From NCBI GenBank assembly GCA_002269645.1, contig NIVC01000527.1, positions 1 through 64,000 on the forward strand: DNA of 64,000 nt, read 5' to 3'. A program made the position numbers and the translations under genes. Below, in pieces: positions 49,883 to 61,524 of the stretch (positions are counted from its first letter, which is position 1; every line of letters begins with the position of its first letter). The notes under the pieces are model-generated. The model worked only from the letters and a program-made list of their open reading frames with translations, had not been told where the DNA came from and made no database searches. The stretch comes from Macrostomum lignano (lineage: Eukaryota).

Positions 49883-49973
49883 GGCAGTCGCGAACAACTA
49901 AAAGAAGCCTGGGAGAAGGGCGATCGAATGGATCGAGACTCCTTTGATCCAAAGGCGTTCTTTATGCTACACG
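49883..49973 (+). CDS. NUCB: Nucleobindin, exon 5
   Basis: GSREQLKEAWEKGDRMDRDSFDPKAFFMLH (cf. [30 protein letters not shown]); ends in phase 1. Confidence 0.95.
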
Positions 49974-50068
49974 GTTAGTCAATAGCACCCAAACTGATTA
50001 TTAAATTTGAAGCTTATTGCCAATTCACCAACTATTTTAACTTAAATCTGTCTTTCGATCTCTTACAG

Positions 50069-50127
50069 ATATCAATGGCGATGGACACATGGATGTGAAC
50101 GAAATCGAAGCCTTGTTTTGGAAAGAG
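50069..50127 (+). CDS. NUCB: Nucleobindin, exon 6 (EF-hand 1)
   Basis: (D)INGDGHMDVNEIEALFWKE; donor GAG|gttggc. Confidence 0.92.
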
Positions 50128-50147
50128 GTTGGCCTCGTCGATGTAGA

Positions 50148-53100
50148 TAGAGGAAGGGAGCTGAGGTAGATAGAGGAAGGGAACTGAGGTAGATAGAAGG
50201 AGAGAACTGAGGTAGATAGAGGAAGGGAACTGAGGTAGATAGAAGGAGGGAGCTGAGGTAGATAGAAGGAGGGAGCTGAGGTAGATAGAAGGAGGGAGCT
50301 GAGGTAGATAGAAGGAGGGAGCTGAGGTAGATAGAAGGAGGGAACTGAGGTAGATAGAAGGAGGGAGCTGAGGTAGATAGAAGGAGGGAGCTGAGGTAGA
50401 TAGAAGGAGGGAACTGAGGTAGATAGAAGGAGGGAACTGAGGTAGATAGAGGGAGGGAAGTGAGGTAGATAGAAGGAGGGAACTGAGGTAGATAGAGGGA
50501 GGGAGCTGAGGTAGATAGAAGGAGGGAGCTGAGGTAGATAGAAGGAGGGAGCTGAGGTAGATAGAAGGAGGGAACTGAGGTAGATAGAAGGAGGGAACTG
50601 AGGTAGATAGAGGGAGGGAAGTGAGGTAGATAGAAGGAGGGAACTGAGGTAGATAGAGGGAGGGAGCTGAGGTAGATACTCGTAGAGGAAGGGAGCTGAG
50701 GTAGATAGAGGAAGGGAACTGAGGTAGATAGATGAAGGGAACTGATGTAGATAGAAGGAGGGAGCTGAGGTCGATAGAGGAAGAGAGCTGAGGTAGATAG
50801 AAGGAGGGAGCTGAAATAGATAGAAGGAGGGAACTGAGGTAGATAGAAGGAGGGAGCTGAGGTAGATAGAAGGAGGGAGCTGAGGTAGATAGAAGGAGGG
50901 AGCTGAGGTAGATAGAAGGAGGGAACTGAGGTAGATAGAAGGAGGGAACTGAGGTAGATAGAGGGAGGGAAGTGAGGTAGATAGAAGGAGGGAGCTGAGG
51001 TAGATAGAGGGAGGGAGCTGAGGTAGATAGAAGGAGGGAACTGGGGTAGATAGAAGGAGGGAACTGAGGTAGATAGAGGCAGGGAAGTGAGGTAGATAGA
51101 AGGAGGGAACTGAGGTAGATAGAGGGAGGGAAGTGAGGTAGATAGAAGGAGGGAACTGAGGTAGATAGAAGGAGGGAACTGATGTAGATAGAGGGAGGGA
51201 ACTGATGTAAATAGAAGGAATGAACTGAGGTAGATAGAGGGAGGGAGCTGAGGTAGATAGAAGGAGGGAACTGAGGTAGATAGAAGGAGGGAGCTGAGGT
51301 AGATAGAAGGAGGGAACTGAGGTAGATAGAAGGAGGGAACTGAGGTAGATAGAGGGAGGGAAGTGAGGTAGATAGAAGGAGGGAACTGAGATAGATAGAG
51401 GGAGGGAGCTGAGGTAGATACTCGTAGAGGAAGGGAGCTGAGGTAGATAGAGGAAGGGAACTGAGGTAGATAGATGAAGGGAACTGATGTAGATAGAAGG
51501 AGGGAGCTGAGGTCGATAGAGGAAGAGAGCTGAGGTAGATAGAAGGAGGGAGCTGAAATAGATAGAAGGAGGGAGCTGAGGTAGATAGAAGGAGGGAGCT
51601 GAGGTAGATAGAAGGAGGGAGCTGAGGTAGATAGAAGGAGGGAGCTGAGGTAGATAGAAGGAGGGAACTGAGGTAGATAGAAGGAGGGAACTGATGTAGA
51701 TAGAGGGAGGGAAGTGAGGTAGATAGAAGGAGGGAACTGAGGTAGATAGAGGGAGGGAGCTGAGGTAGATAGAAGGAGGGAACTGGGGTAGATAGAAGGA
51801 GGGAACTGAGGTAGATAGAGGGAGGGAAGTGAGGTAGATAGAAGGAGGGAACTGAGGTAGATAGAGGGAGGGAAGTGAGGTAGATAGAAGGAGGGAACTG
51901 AGGTAGATAGAAGGAGGGAACTGAGGTAGATAGAAGGAGGGAACTGAGGTAGATAGAAGGAGGGAACTGAGGTAGATAGAAGGAGGGAACTGAGGTAGAT
52001 AGAGGGAGGGAAGTGAGGTAGATAGAAGGAGGGAACTGAGGTAGATAGAGGGAGGGAGCTGAGGTAGATAGAAGGAGGGAGCTGAGGTAGATAGAGGAGG
52101 GAGCTGAGGTAGATAGAAGGAGGGAACTGAGGTAGATAGAGGGAGGGAGCTGAGGTAGATAGAAGGAGGGAACTGAGGTAGATAGAAGGAGGGAACTGAG
52201 GTAGATAGAGGGAGGGAGCTGAGGTAGATAGAAGGAGGGAACTGAGGTAGATAGAGGGAGGGAGCTGAGGTAGATAGAAGGAGGGAACTGAGGTAGATAG
52301 AAGGAGGGAACTGAGGTAGATAGAGGGAGGGAAGTGAGGTAGATAGAAGGAGGGAACTGAGGTAGATAGAGGGAGGGAGCTGAGGTAGATAGAAGGAGGG
52401 AGCTGAGGTAGATAGAGGAGGGAGCTGAGGTAGATAGAAGGAGGGAACTGAGGTAGATAGAGGGAGGGAGCTGAGGTAGATAGAAGGAGGGAACTGAGGT
52501 AGATAGAAGGAGGGAACTGAGGTAGATAGAGGGAGGGAGCTGAGGTAGATAGAAGGAGGGAACTGAGGTAGATAGAGGGAGGGAGCTGAGGTAGATAGAA
52601 GGAGGGAACTGAGGTAGATAGAGGGAGGGAAGTGAGGTAGATAGAAGGAGGGAACTGAGGTAGATAGAGGGAGGGAGCTGAGGTAGATACTCGTAGAGGA
52701 AGGGAGCTGAGGTAGATAGAGGAAGGGAACTGAGGTAGATAGATGAAGGGAACTGATGTAGATAGAAGGAGGGAGCTGAGGTCGATAGAGGAAGGGAGCT
52801 GAGGTAGATAGAAGGAGGGAGCTGAAATAGATAGAAGGAGGGAACTGAGGTAGATAGAAGGAGGGAGCTGAGGTAGATAGAAGGAGGGAGCTGAGGTAGA
52901 TAGAAGGAGGGAGCTGAGGTAGATAGAAGGAGGGAGCTGAGGTAGATAGAAGGAGGGAGCTGAGGTAGATAGAAGGAGGGAACTGAGGTAGATAGAAGGA
53001 GGGAGCTGAGGTAGATAGAGGGAGGGAACTGAGGTAGATAGAGGGAGGGAACTGAGGTAAATAGAGGGAGGGAGCTGAGGTAGATAGAGGGAGGGAACTG

Positions 53101-54332
53101 AGGTAGATAGAGGGAGGGAACTGAGGTAGATAGAAGGAGGGAGCTGAGGTAGATAGAGGAAGGGAGCTGAGGTAGATAGAGGAAGGGAACTGAGGTAGAT
53201 AGATGAAGGGAACTGATGTAGATAGAAGGAGGGAGCTGAGGTCGATAGAGGAAGGGAGCTGAGGTAGATAGAAGGAGGGAGCTGAGGTAGATAGAGGAAG
53301 GGAGCTGAGATAGATAGAAGGAGGGAGCTGAGGTAGATAGAAGGAGGGAACTGAGGTAGATAGAAGGAGGGAGCTGAGGTAGATAGAAGGAGGGAGCTGA
53401 GGTAGATAGAAGGAGGGAGCTGAGGTAGATAGAGGGAGGGAACTGAGGTAGATAGAGGGAGGGAACTGAGGTAGATAGAGGGAGGGAGCTGAGGTAGATA
53501 GAGGGAGGGAACTGAGGTAGATAGAGGGAGGGAACTGAGGTAGATAGAAGGAGGGAGCTGAGGTAGATAGAGGAAGGGAGCTGAGGTAGATAGAGGAAGG
53601 GAACTGAGGTAGATAGATGAAGGGAACTGATGTAGATAGAAGGAGGGAGCTGAGGTCGATAGAGGAAGGGAGCTGAGGTAGATAGAAGGAGGGAGCTGAG
53701 GTAGATAGAAGGAGGGAGCTGAGGTAGATAGAAGGAGGGAGCTGAGGTAGATAGAAGGAGGGAACTGAGGTAGATAGAGGGAGGGAACTGAGGTAAATAG
53801 AGGGAGGGAGCTGAGGTAGATAGAGGGAGGGAACTGAGGTAGATAGAGGGAGGGAACTGAGGTAGATAGAAGGAGGGAGCTGAGGTAGATAGAGGAAGGG
53901 AGCTGAGGTAGATAGAGGAAGGGAACTGAGGTAGATAGATGAAGGGAACTGATGTAGATAGAAGGAGGGAGCTGAGGTCGATAGAGGAAGGGAGCTGAGG
54001 TAGATAGAAGGAGGGAGCTGAGGTAGATAGAAGGAGGGAACTGAGGTAGATAGAAGGAGGGAGCTGAGGTAGATAGAGGGAGGGAGCTGAGGTAGATAGA
54101 AGGAGGGAGCTGAGGTAGATAGAGGAAGGGAACTGGGGTAGATAGAGGAAGGGAGCTGAGGTAGATAGAGGGAGGGAACTGAGGTAGATAGAGGAAGGGA
54201 ACTGAGGTAGATAGATGAAGGGAACTGATGTAGATAGAAGGAGGGAGCTGAGGTCGATAGAGGAAGGGAGCTGAGGTAGATAGAAGGAGGGAACTGAGGT
54301 AGATAGAAGGAGGGAGCTGAGGTAGATAGATT
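50148..54332. repeat. 23-bp purine-rich minisatellite (~4.2 kb) filling NUCB intron 6
   Basis: Unit gaggga(a/g)ctgaggtagataga(a/g)g, with recurring variant cassettes. Confidence 0.97.
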
Positions 54333-54385
54333 AGATAGATATAGAGATAAAATTCACTCTGCTAAATCATTTTTCGACCCTACAG

Positions 54386-54571
54386 CTGGACAAAGTGTAC
54401 AGCAAGGAGAATGACACAACGGTTGATCGGGTGGAACGGCAGCACGAGATGGAGCGGATGCGCCGGGCTGTGCTCATGAGACTGGACAAGAACAAGGATA
54501 GGATGGTCAGTTGGGAGGAGTTTAATGCCTGGATTAGCAGCCAAGAGGCGAACAAAGATGAAGAATGGAAG
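54386..54571 (+). CDS. NUCB: Nucleobindin, exon 7 (EF-hand 2)
   Basis: LDKVYSKEND...EMERMRRAVLMRLDKNKDRMVSWEEF; phase 0/0. Confidence 0.95.
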
Positions 54572-54619
54572 GTGAGTCTGAGAGCCTTTGTGCTGCAGAT
54601 TTTCAATATTTTTACCCTA

Positions 54620-54918
54620 AAATCGTCCCGAATCCAATGATTTGAAACCGAAACTATCCCCAATCGGATGATATGAAACCAAAAATATCCCAAAATCTGA
54701 TGATCTAAAACCGAAACTATCCCCAACCTGATGATCTGAAACCGAAACCATCCCCAACCTGATGATATGAAACCGAAACCATTCCGAATCTGATGATCTG
54801 AAACCGAAACTATCCCGAATCTGATTAATATAAACCAAAACTATCCCAATCTGTTTATCTGAAACCGAAACTATCCCGAATCCAACGATCTAAAACCGAA
54901 ACTATCCCGAATCAAACT
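54620..54918. repeat. ~30-bp degenerate minisatellite in NUCB intron 7
   Basis: Unit tgatctgaaaccgaaactatccc(c/g)aatc. Confidence 0.85.
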
Positions 54919-54954
54919 ATATAAAACCGCACCAATGCCCTTGTTAATCAACAG

Positions 54955-55053
54955 ACTGCGGAAGAGAGTGATGAAGACAAGCCGTTCAACGAGGAAGAGC
55001 TCAGACAGTTCGAGGAGCAGTACAACAGGGAGCACCCGGATGAAGGCATCGAT
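54955..55053 (+). CDS. NUCB: Nucleobindin, exon 8
   Basis: TAEESDEDKPFNEEELRQFEEQYNREHPDEGID (cf. the F/Y-TEEEL..FE motif); caacag| and |gtgagt. Confidence 0.88.
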
Positions 55054-55324
55054 GTGAGTTGAAGCTGTCGAATGCATGGTTACTTGCTTAGTTTAATGCT
55101 GTCGTGACAATTAATAGTTATTAAGCAGCATGTAATATAGCTATAATTGTTGATTTAAAGTTGTTAACTAAAGTGCTCCAGACTAAGGGTGTTTTGAGTA
55201 TTCTTTATTGAGGTTGATGTTGATCTACGCGAAGCCTCTCCATCCGGCTCTCGGGTTATTTTAAACTTCACAATAGCAATCCGGCCCGCTCGAGGTTGGT
55301 GTCTCTTCTCAGCTCCCTAGTCGA

Positions 55325-56086
55325 ATCTCCTCTCTTCTTTCCTCTCTCCTCTTCTCTCCTCTCCTCCTTTCTCTCTCCTCTCCTCTTCTCTCCTTTCCTC
55401 TCTCCTCTCCTCTTCTCTCCTTTCCTCTCTCCTCTCCTCTTCTCTCCTTTCCTCTCTCCTCTCCTCTTCTCTCCTTTCCTCTCCTCCTCTTCTCTCCTTT
55501 CCTCTCTCCTCCTCTTCTCTCCTTTCCTCTCTCCTCCTCTTCTCTCCTTTCCTCTCTCCTCCTCCTCTCCTTTCCTCTCCTCCTCTTCTCTCCTTTCCTC
55601 TCTCCTCCTCTTCTCTCCTTTCCTCTCTCCTCCTCTTCTCTCCTTTCCTCTCTCCTCCTCCTCTCCTTTCCTCTCTCCTCCTCTTCTCTCCTTTCCTCTC
55701 TCCTCTTCTCTCCTTTCCTCCTTTTTTCTCTCCTTTCCTCTTCTCCCCTTTCCTCTCTCCTCTCCTCTTCTCTCCTTTCCTCTCTCCTCCTCTTCTCTCC
55801 TTTCTTTTCCTCCTCTTCTCTCCTTTCCTCTCTCCTCTTCTTTCCTTTCCTCTCTCCTCTTCTCTCCTCTCCTCCTTTTTTCTCTCCTCTCCTCTTCTCC
55901 CCTTTCCTCTCTCCTCTCCTCTTCTCCCCTTTCCTCTCTCCTCTCCTCTTCTCCCCTTTCCTCTCTCCTCTCCTCTTCTCTCCTTTCCTCTCTTCTCTCC
56001 TCTCCCTTTTCTCCCTTCTCCTCTCTTATTTATCTTTCCACTCCTCTCTTCTCCTTTATTCCCTCTCCTCTTTTCCCCTCCTCTAG
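55325..56086. repeat. ~760-bp almost pure C/T (polypyrimidine) repeat tract
   Basis: Variants of ctctcctttcctctctcctctcctctt, with very few purines. Confidence 0.95.
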
Positions 56087-56104
56087 CCTGCAGTCATGCG
56101 CTAG
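56087..56104 (+). CDS. NUCB: Probable nucleobindin terminal exon (PAVMR*)
   Basis: First AG after the pyrimidine tract (ctctag|CCT), phase 0. TAG at 56102-56104 and AATAAA at 56129-56134. Too short for homology support. Confidence 0.5.
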   Translation, partial: PAVMR

Positions 56105-56713
56105 CTTCCCTATCTGGCCCTCGGGGTAAATAAAGTTTTCCGACTCCTGATCTACCGAAAAAGCAATTTGTAAATTTGAATTTCAGAATTCCCAACAAAC
56201 TGGCCCCTGATTGAGTGATTGACGAGCATCTGCGACGTCTTCTTATCAGCGTTAAATAACACAAATAAAGGGGAGTCGCGCCCTTAAGTTTTCTAATTGT
56301 TTTATTTGATGTTTCGCTTTCTATTCAATATCCAATAGTTGTTGTTTTACTATTGTTTGTCTCAAGATAAATTAGTTATAACCGATAAATTCATTCGAAA
56401 ATTTCTCTGGTCCAAAGGTTTACAAAATATCAAAATCCACAATCCAAATAATTCAGTGTTTATTGTGTTTCATATTTTCGCAATTTAGATTTCTCATAAA
56501 AATACTGCAATTTAAAAAACGCATTTGTGAGATTTTGTCTTTACGCTCGTACCGTAATAAACAGCTAGTCGAACTTATTCTCATTAGTGTACTGGCTTGA
56601 ACTACTAAATCTGTCTTTGAGTGTGTCAAACCTAAAGCTTTTAGATACCGTTTTCAATCTATCCCCTTTTCCTCTTTGCTTGTGTCTAATTGTCAAATGT
56701 TTTATCTGTTGTA

Positions 56714-57156
56714 CAGATACAAAAATGACTAGATGGGCCGCACAGGCATATATGCTTAGTAAAACAGCTTTCTACTTTCAGTTCAGTAGCAAATAAGAAT
56801 GCATAAGCTATTTTATAAAAATATATAAGAAAGGCAGCTGAAATGACTTTGATAGGTTTAGAAGCCAAGCTTGCAGGCGTAAACAACTTGCTAATTGGTT
56901 CAGGAGTAATGTACATTAGCCAGTCCACTGAAATGTATATAGCAGCTTTATGCTGGAATTCCGAGAAAGGCAATAAAAATTGGGGCAGGCGGGGGGCGGG
57001 GGTAGAATGGAAAGGAGCAGTTGGAGGGTTTAAGCTGGGGTAAGAGCCAAGTTGGTTTTAAAAATGCATAAAATGCTTCTGTTTACCTTACTACTGAACT
57101 GAAAGTAGCTTGCATGCAAATGTGCTGAGTGGCCCATGTAGTTATTCTCGTATTTG
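56714..57156. mobile_element. MITE-like element, copy 2 of the 4339-4787 family
   Basis: Same orientation and collinear with copy 1; shared core aagccaagcttgcaggcgtaaacaacttgct and similar inverted termini. Confidence 0.8.
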
Positions 57157-57908
57157 TGATCTGTTGTAAACTTCTTGAATAAATCGGATTGCAAAATACA
57201 CTTTTGTTGTGTATCTGATTTAATCCTGTTCCGCAGTATTTCGGCACGCTTTATCAATAACAGCTGAAAGCGTCACTGTTCCGCATTCAAATTAGTCATG
57301 TGCTTGGGCTCTGTGTTATTCAATTTGAATTGAATCGTCGCTAAGGAACAACAGTTTTTATGCATGTACCAGCATCATATATACGAGTTTGTAGTTTGTT
57401 TAATAGCATCACAGAGTTTATTAGCCGTTGGATGAATTTATTTTTAGATTTTTTCATACCGACACCACCAGATGAGGCCGAATTTCCCTTGAACTTTCAG
57501 ACCCTTTTGGACTGCGTCTGTTGTTGGTAGTTTTTGGGGACATTGTGATAAATATACATCTCCAATAGCAACAAAAAGCAGATATCTAAAGATCTTTAAC
57601 TTCAGGCAAGCATCGCAATATCGCTCTGGCAAAAGCCTCAGCAAGGCACCGCTATTATTGAACTTCATTCACTTGCATGCGTTGCTTCATATACATGCAG
57701 GTTCGCGGAAAAAATTGTCACGGATTAAATGCATTTCTCCAGAACTATAGGTAAGGCATATGGCACAGTTTCCTGGATTAACAACATAGTTTGAAGTGAG
57801 ATAAAGTTCAACTCTGTACGAGCGTATATTAAATGTACAGTAATGAGCCAACGCAAGATTAAATTGACAAAACAACGCTCCATGGCTCAAGGCTTACGTA
57901 CAGGCCAA

Positions 57909-58106
57909 TCAAAGGCCAATTGGAAGAGTTGTTCGCGCAGTCTGCCGGGCTCGATTCCAGTACACAAGGCCGAACACTAAGGCCATGACTAGGCAGGTGA
58001 ACACAAATGCTGCCACCTCAATACGTCCGTCGAACTGTTCCACGTCGTTGCCAGGTTCTTTGACTGGTCCGAAGTCGCCTGTAGCAAGGCTGTGGGGATA
58101 GCTCAT
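57909..58106 (-). CDS. Possible 65-aa single-pass membrane protein
   Basis: aagcATGA start context; one hydrophobic stretch VAAFVFTCLVMALVFGLVYW followed by basic NRARQTAR; GC-richer than the flanks. No family recognised. Confidence 0.4.
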   Translation of the reverse strand: MSYPHSLATGDFGPVKEPGNDVEQFDGRIEVAAFVFTCLVMALVFGLVYWNRARQTARTTLPIGL

Positions 58107-59014
58107 GCTTTCTGCTTTCTTTATCTACGTCGTATATCTTCTATAACGCCGTTTTTTATTTTCACAAATAGAAAAAGAGCCGAGTCTCTCATAGTAGCGG
58201 CTTGAGCACAACGTCATTTTTAATAGAGCCCTGCTATCAGTTTAAAGCCATAGACAAAATGAATAACAACCCTTATGCAACCTTCCTTATTTTGTTTCAG
58301 AATTTTCAGAAATTTTTTGATATTAATAATTTTAGGCGTTTATGTTTCTTGATTCCTGTATTATTATTTTTGATTGAAAAAATTCTGCATAAGAATACAC
58401 TGAACCAACTAATCAGCATTTACATTGCAAAAGTGAAAGAGCAACAACAGTAAACGTTAGTCATTTCAAACATCCATTGAAAAGGTATTGGTGAAATGAA
58501 GTCCAACATATTTTACAGTGGCGCATTACGTTGTGTTGCGTTACGTTGCTATTTTTTTGTTTAATAAAATTACGAGCTACAACCAATGCTACAGTGCTAC
58601 ATGAGAAAACGTAGCGAGTTAGAAGTATAAAGCATTTAGTTACAAAACAACCATGAGACAAGTATTCGATTTTCTTTTCACGTAGCATGTATATTCAAGC
58701 ATAATATGAACAGTCAATTTGTAGTACATTTCTGACTCATTCCAACAACAAAAACCATTGCAAATCTGCCAGAGATAAAATCATGCGCCCTGCTATGCAT
58801 ACTCTTAGAAGTATTATTCGCTCCTAGTCTCAATCTCAAATATATTTTGGCAGGGACAGGCATCGCATTAGTTCCAGGGATCGTCAGGGGTAGGAAAACT
58901 CGTATAGAGCTTAGCCTTTAAAATAGATAAGGCGAATCCACCATGCGTCTTTTGTCCAGCAAAACCGATGGGTAATTAAGTATGGGTTAGCGGCGTTTGC
59001 AAAAAATAGAGGGT

Positions 59015-59755
59015 TGGGGTTGACGCCGACGAAAAAATCAATAAGCTTCAACCATCTCTTACCCGCGCAGAAGGGTTGGCTGAAAGTCGCTAGCTAACAG
59101 CGCCACTAAAATCGATAAGCTTCAACCATCTCTTACCCGCGCAGAAGGGTTGGCTGAAAGTCGCTAGCTAACAGCGCCACTAAAATCGATAAGCTTCAAC
59201 CATCTCTTACCCGCGCAGAAGGGTTGGCTGAAAGTCGCTAGCTAACAGCGCCACTAAAATCGATAAGCTTCAACCATCTCTTACCCGCGCAGAAGGGTTG
59301 GCTGAAAGTCGCTAGCTAACAGCGCCACTAAAATCGATAAGCTTCAACCATCTCTTACCCGCGCAGAAGGGTTGGCTGAAAGTCGCTAGCTAACAGCGCC
59401 ACTAAAATCGATAAGCTTCAACCATCTCTTACCCGCGCAGAAGGGTTGATTGAAAGTCGCTAGCTAACAGCGCCACTCAATTTGAGGGGGGTGGCTGGTG
59501 GGGTTGACGGTCGATGAGACAATAGATAAGCTAAACCATCTCTTACCCGCGCGGAAGGTTGATTGAAAGTCGCTAGCTAACAGCGCCACTCAATTTGAGG
59601 GGGGTGGCTGGTGGGGTTGACGGTCGATGAGACAATAGATAAGCTAAACCATCTCTTACCCGCGCGGAAGGTTGATTGGAAGTCGCTAGCTATAACAGCG
59701 CCACGAAATTGGAGAGGGTGATTGGCGGGCTTGATTGCCGACGAAAAAAATGATA
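59015..59755. repeat. 74-bp tandem repeat (~6 copies) grading into ~105-bp longer units
   Basis: aagcttcaacc at 59043, 59117, 59191, etc. (74-bp period). Longer units add ggggggtggctggtggggttgacggtcgatgagacaat. Confidence 0.92.
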
Positions 59756-60097
59756 AGCCTTTATCAAAAACACCGGATTTTCACGCCGAATTGCACTCTA
59801 GTTACGAGCGTGTATATGAGATGTCACAAATTCGATGTGAAATTTCGGCATTGTGAAGTACTCCCTATGCAGCTGACTTTTGGATTTTCAATGTTTTTGA
59901 AATTTTGGTGTTGCGAAAGCGCCCCGCCCTTAGTTATCATTCTGCAATTAGGAGGTAATCTTTATTCAGTCTTTATTCCAATCCAAATGGATTGCTTCAA
60001 AGAAATTATTCTAGCATGCCTGTTTGCAGTGACTAGCTGAAACTGAAAGGATGATTCGATTCTCTCAACCCATTTGACAAGTTATTGAAGAAACTGG

Positions 60098-60315
60098 CTA
60101 ACCAAAATATATTTGGCCTCTATCAATAGTCGGACTGTTGGAACTTCGACGGCCTCTCTGCTGCTGTTGCTGCTGCTTTCGTTTCTGACTCCCATGGAGT
60201 ATTGGCGCTGAAATAATTGAAAGTCCAGGTGGCGACGCTTCCAATTGCCATTGAAACTCCGACGGCGGCGGTGGCGGCAGAGGCGGTCTTGAATTCGTTG
60301 AATATTTGCCTACGC
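60098..60315 (-). CDS. TTLL6: TTLL6/13-like, final coding exon
   Basis: Acceptor gattcag|GC, phase 1, matches the upstream donor. Encodes VGKYSTNSRPPLPPPPP...PGLSIISAP...QIYFG*. Confidence 0.65.
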
Positions 60316-60583
60316 CTGAATCAAGGAGGAGAAGCCTTTTTGAGCGGTGTAAGTGTTAGCCAGTTTATTTTCAAGTGAATTTTCTAGGAAAAAGAATCTC
60401 ATTTGATGAATACATGAATTATGTTATGAACAGAAACGGTCATTGAGCACACTGTAATCTACAGCTGTAAATCACTTAATCCGTCTTGAATAGATCTTCA
60501 GTGGCGATATTCTATGATTCTATTAGTATTGATTCATCAATGTTTTAGTATATAGGATTAAAAATCGTATTTCAACAACTCAC

Positions 60584-61052
60584 CACCTCCGCGTCGGCTC
60601 CCAGTCTGCTGTAGAACCTGCTGCGTTGGCAGCGGCTGCACAAAAGCCGATGCGAATCGGAGCTGCTCAGCGGATTCGAATCCACGACCTTGCTGACTCT
60701 GCTTCCGGAACCCAGTTTGAGATTGCTGCTTTTTCGATTGCCTGAGCTGCGGCCCATTGGTAATTGCTGCGGCGCCCAGCCGCACGGACAGTTCGTCCAG
60801 GTATCGGCGTCCCCAGACTCCCGACGCACCTCCATCATCTTCATCATCTCGGGTGGCGGATCTATTAAAAGAAGAAGACTGCTGTCGCAGAAGCAGCAGG
60901 CGTCTGAGCTGATCGGCCACGCCGAGGCCGCGGACCAGGCTGTCCCGCTGAAGTAGCCCGGAGAGCCGTTCGATTTCCTCGGAGTCAGTAATTGACTCCG
61001 GCTCCCAGCCGCTGCCACTACCAACTACCAACTCTTCGGATGCCGGTGATGT
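60584..61052 (-). CDS. TTLL6: TTLL6/13-like exon
   Basis: Acceptor cagcag|ACA (phase 0). Encodes EEIERLSGLLQRDSLVRGLGVADQL. Donor G|gtgagt at 60584. Confidence 0.8.
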
Positions 61053-61524
61053 CTGCTGGGGAGTTTAATAGAATATTGAACTGTTTTTCTCATTGTCTCG
61101 TTCTGCACCCCTAACTGTCCCTTAAGGTAACCGCAGCATTAGCTGCCCGTGGTCGCCAGGGGTTAGCGGAGTGGGTGTGGGTACCTCCACGCTGTACCCG
61201 GATGCCCGGAGCCCCCTTGCTTGAGCGAAGTCAAGCAATTGCTTTTTTGGGTTGGTTCAAATGTTTTTATTCATTCGAATTGTAGTTTGAGACATGCAGT
61301 TGAATGTGAGAAAGAAGTGACCTAGGGGAAATGGAAGAAGTAAGCTTTATATTACATTATTTTGGTACCTGACTCAGACAAAAGACTCGTTTAAACTGCC
61401 ATTGAACAAAGCCATTTTATGTGTGATCGCACTACTTGTACTAGTATATATTTCTTGCCACTTAGTTGATTTAACTGATCAAAGGCGGAGTTAAAAATGC
61501 TTTCATATCATCATCAATATTCAC

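Noticed and set aside
54690-54830. Hammerhead ribozyme (CTGATGA...GAAAC in tandem repeats)
   Set aside because: The bases between CTGATGA and GAAA cannot form stem II with the required closing pair, and I see no stem I/III or cleavage triplet. An Infernal scan would settle it.
55296-56129. 277-aa Ser/Leu/Pro/Phe ORF
   Set aside because: Translation of an intronic polypyrimidine repeat.
57444-57668. 74-aa ORF with LLPERYCD, faintly like the MPDU1 N-terminus
   Set aside because: The similarity is limited to a few residues, with no PQ-loop in register and no supporting exons.
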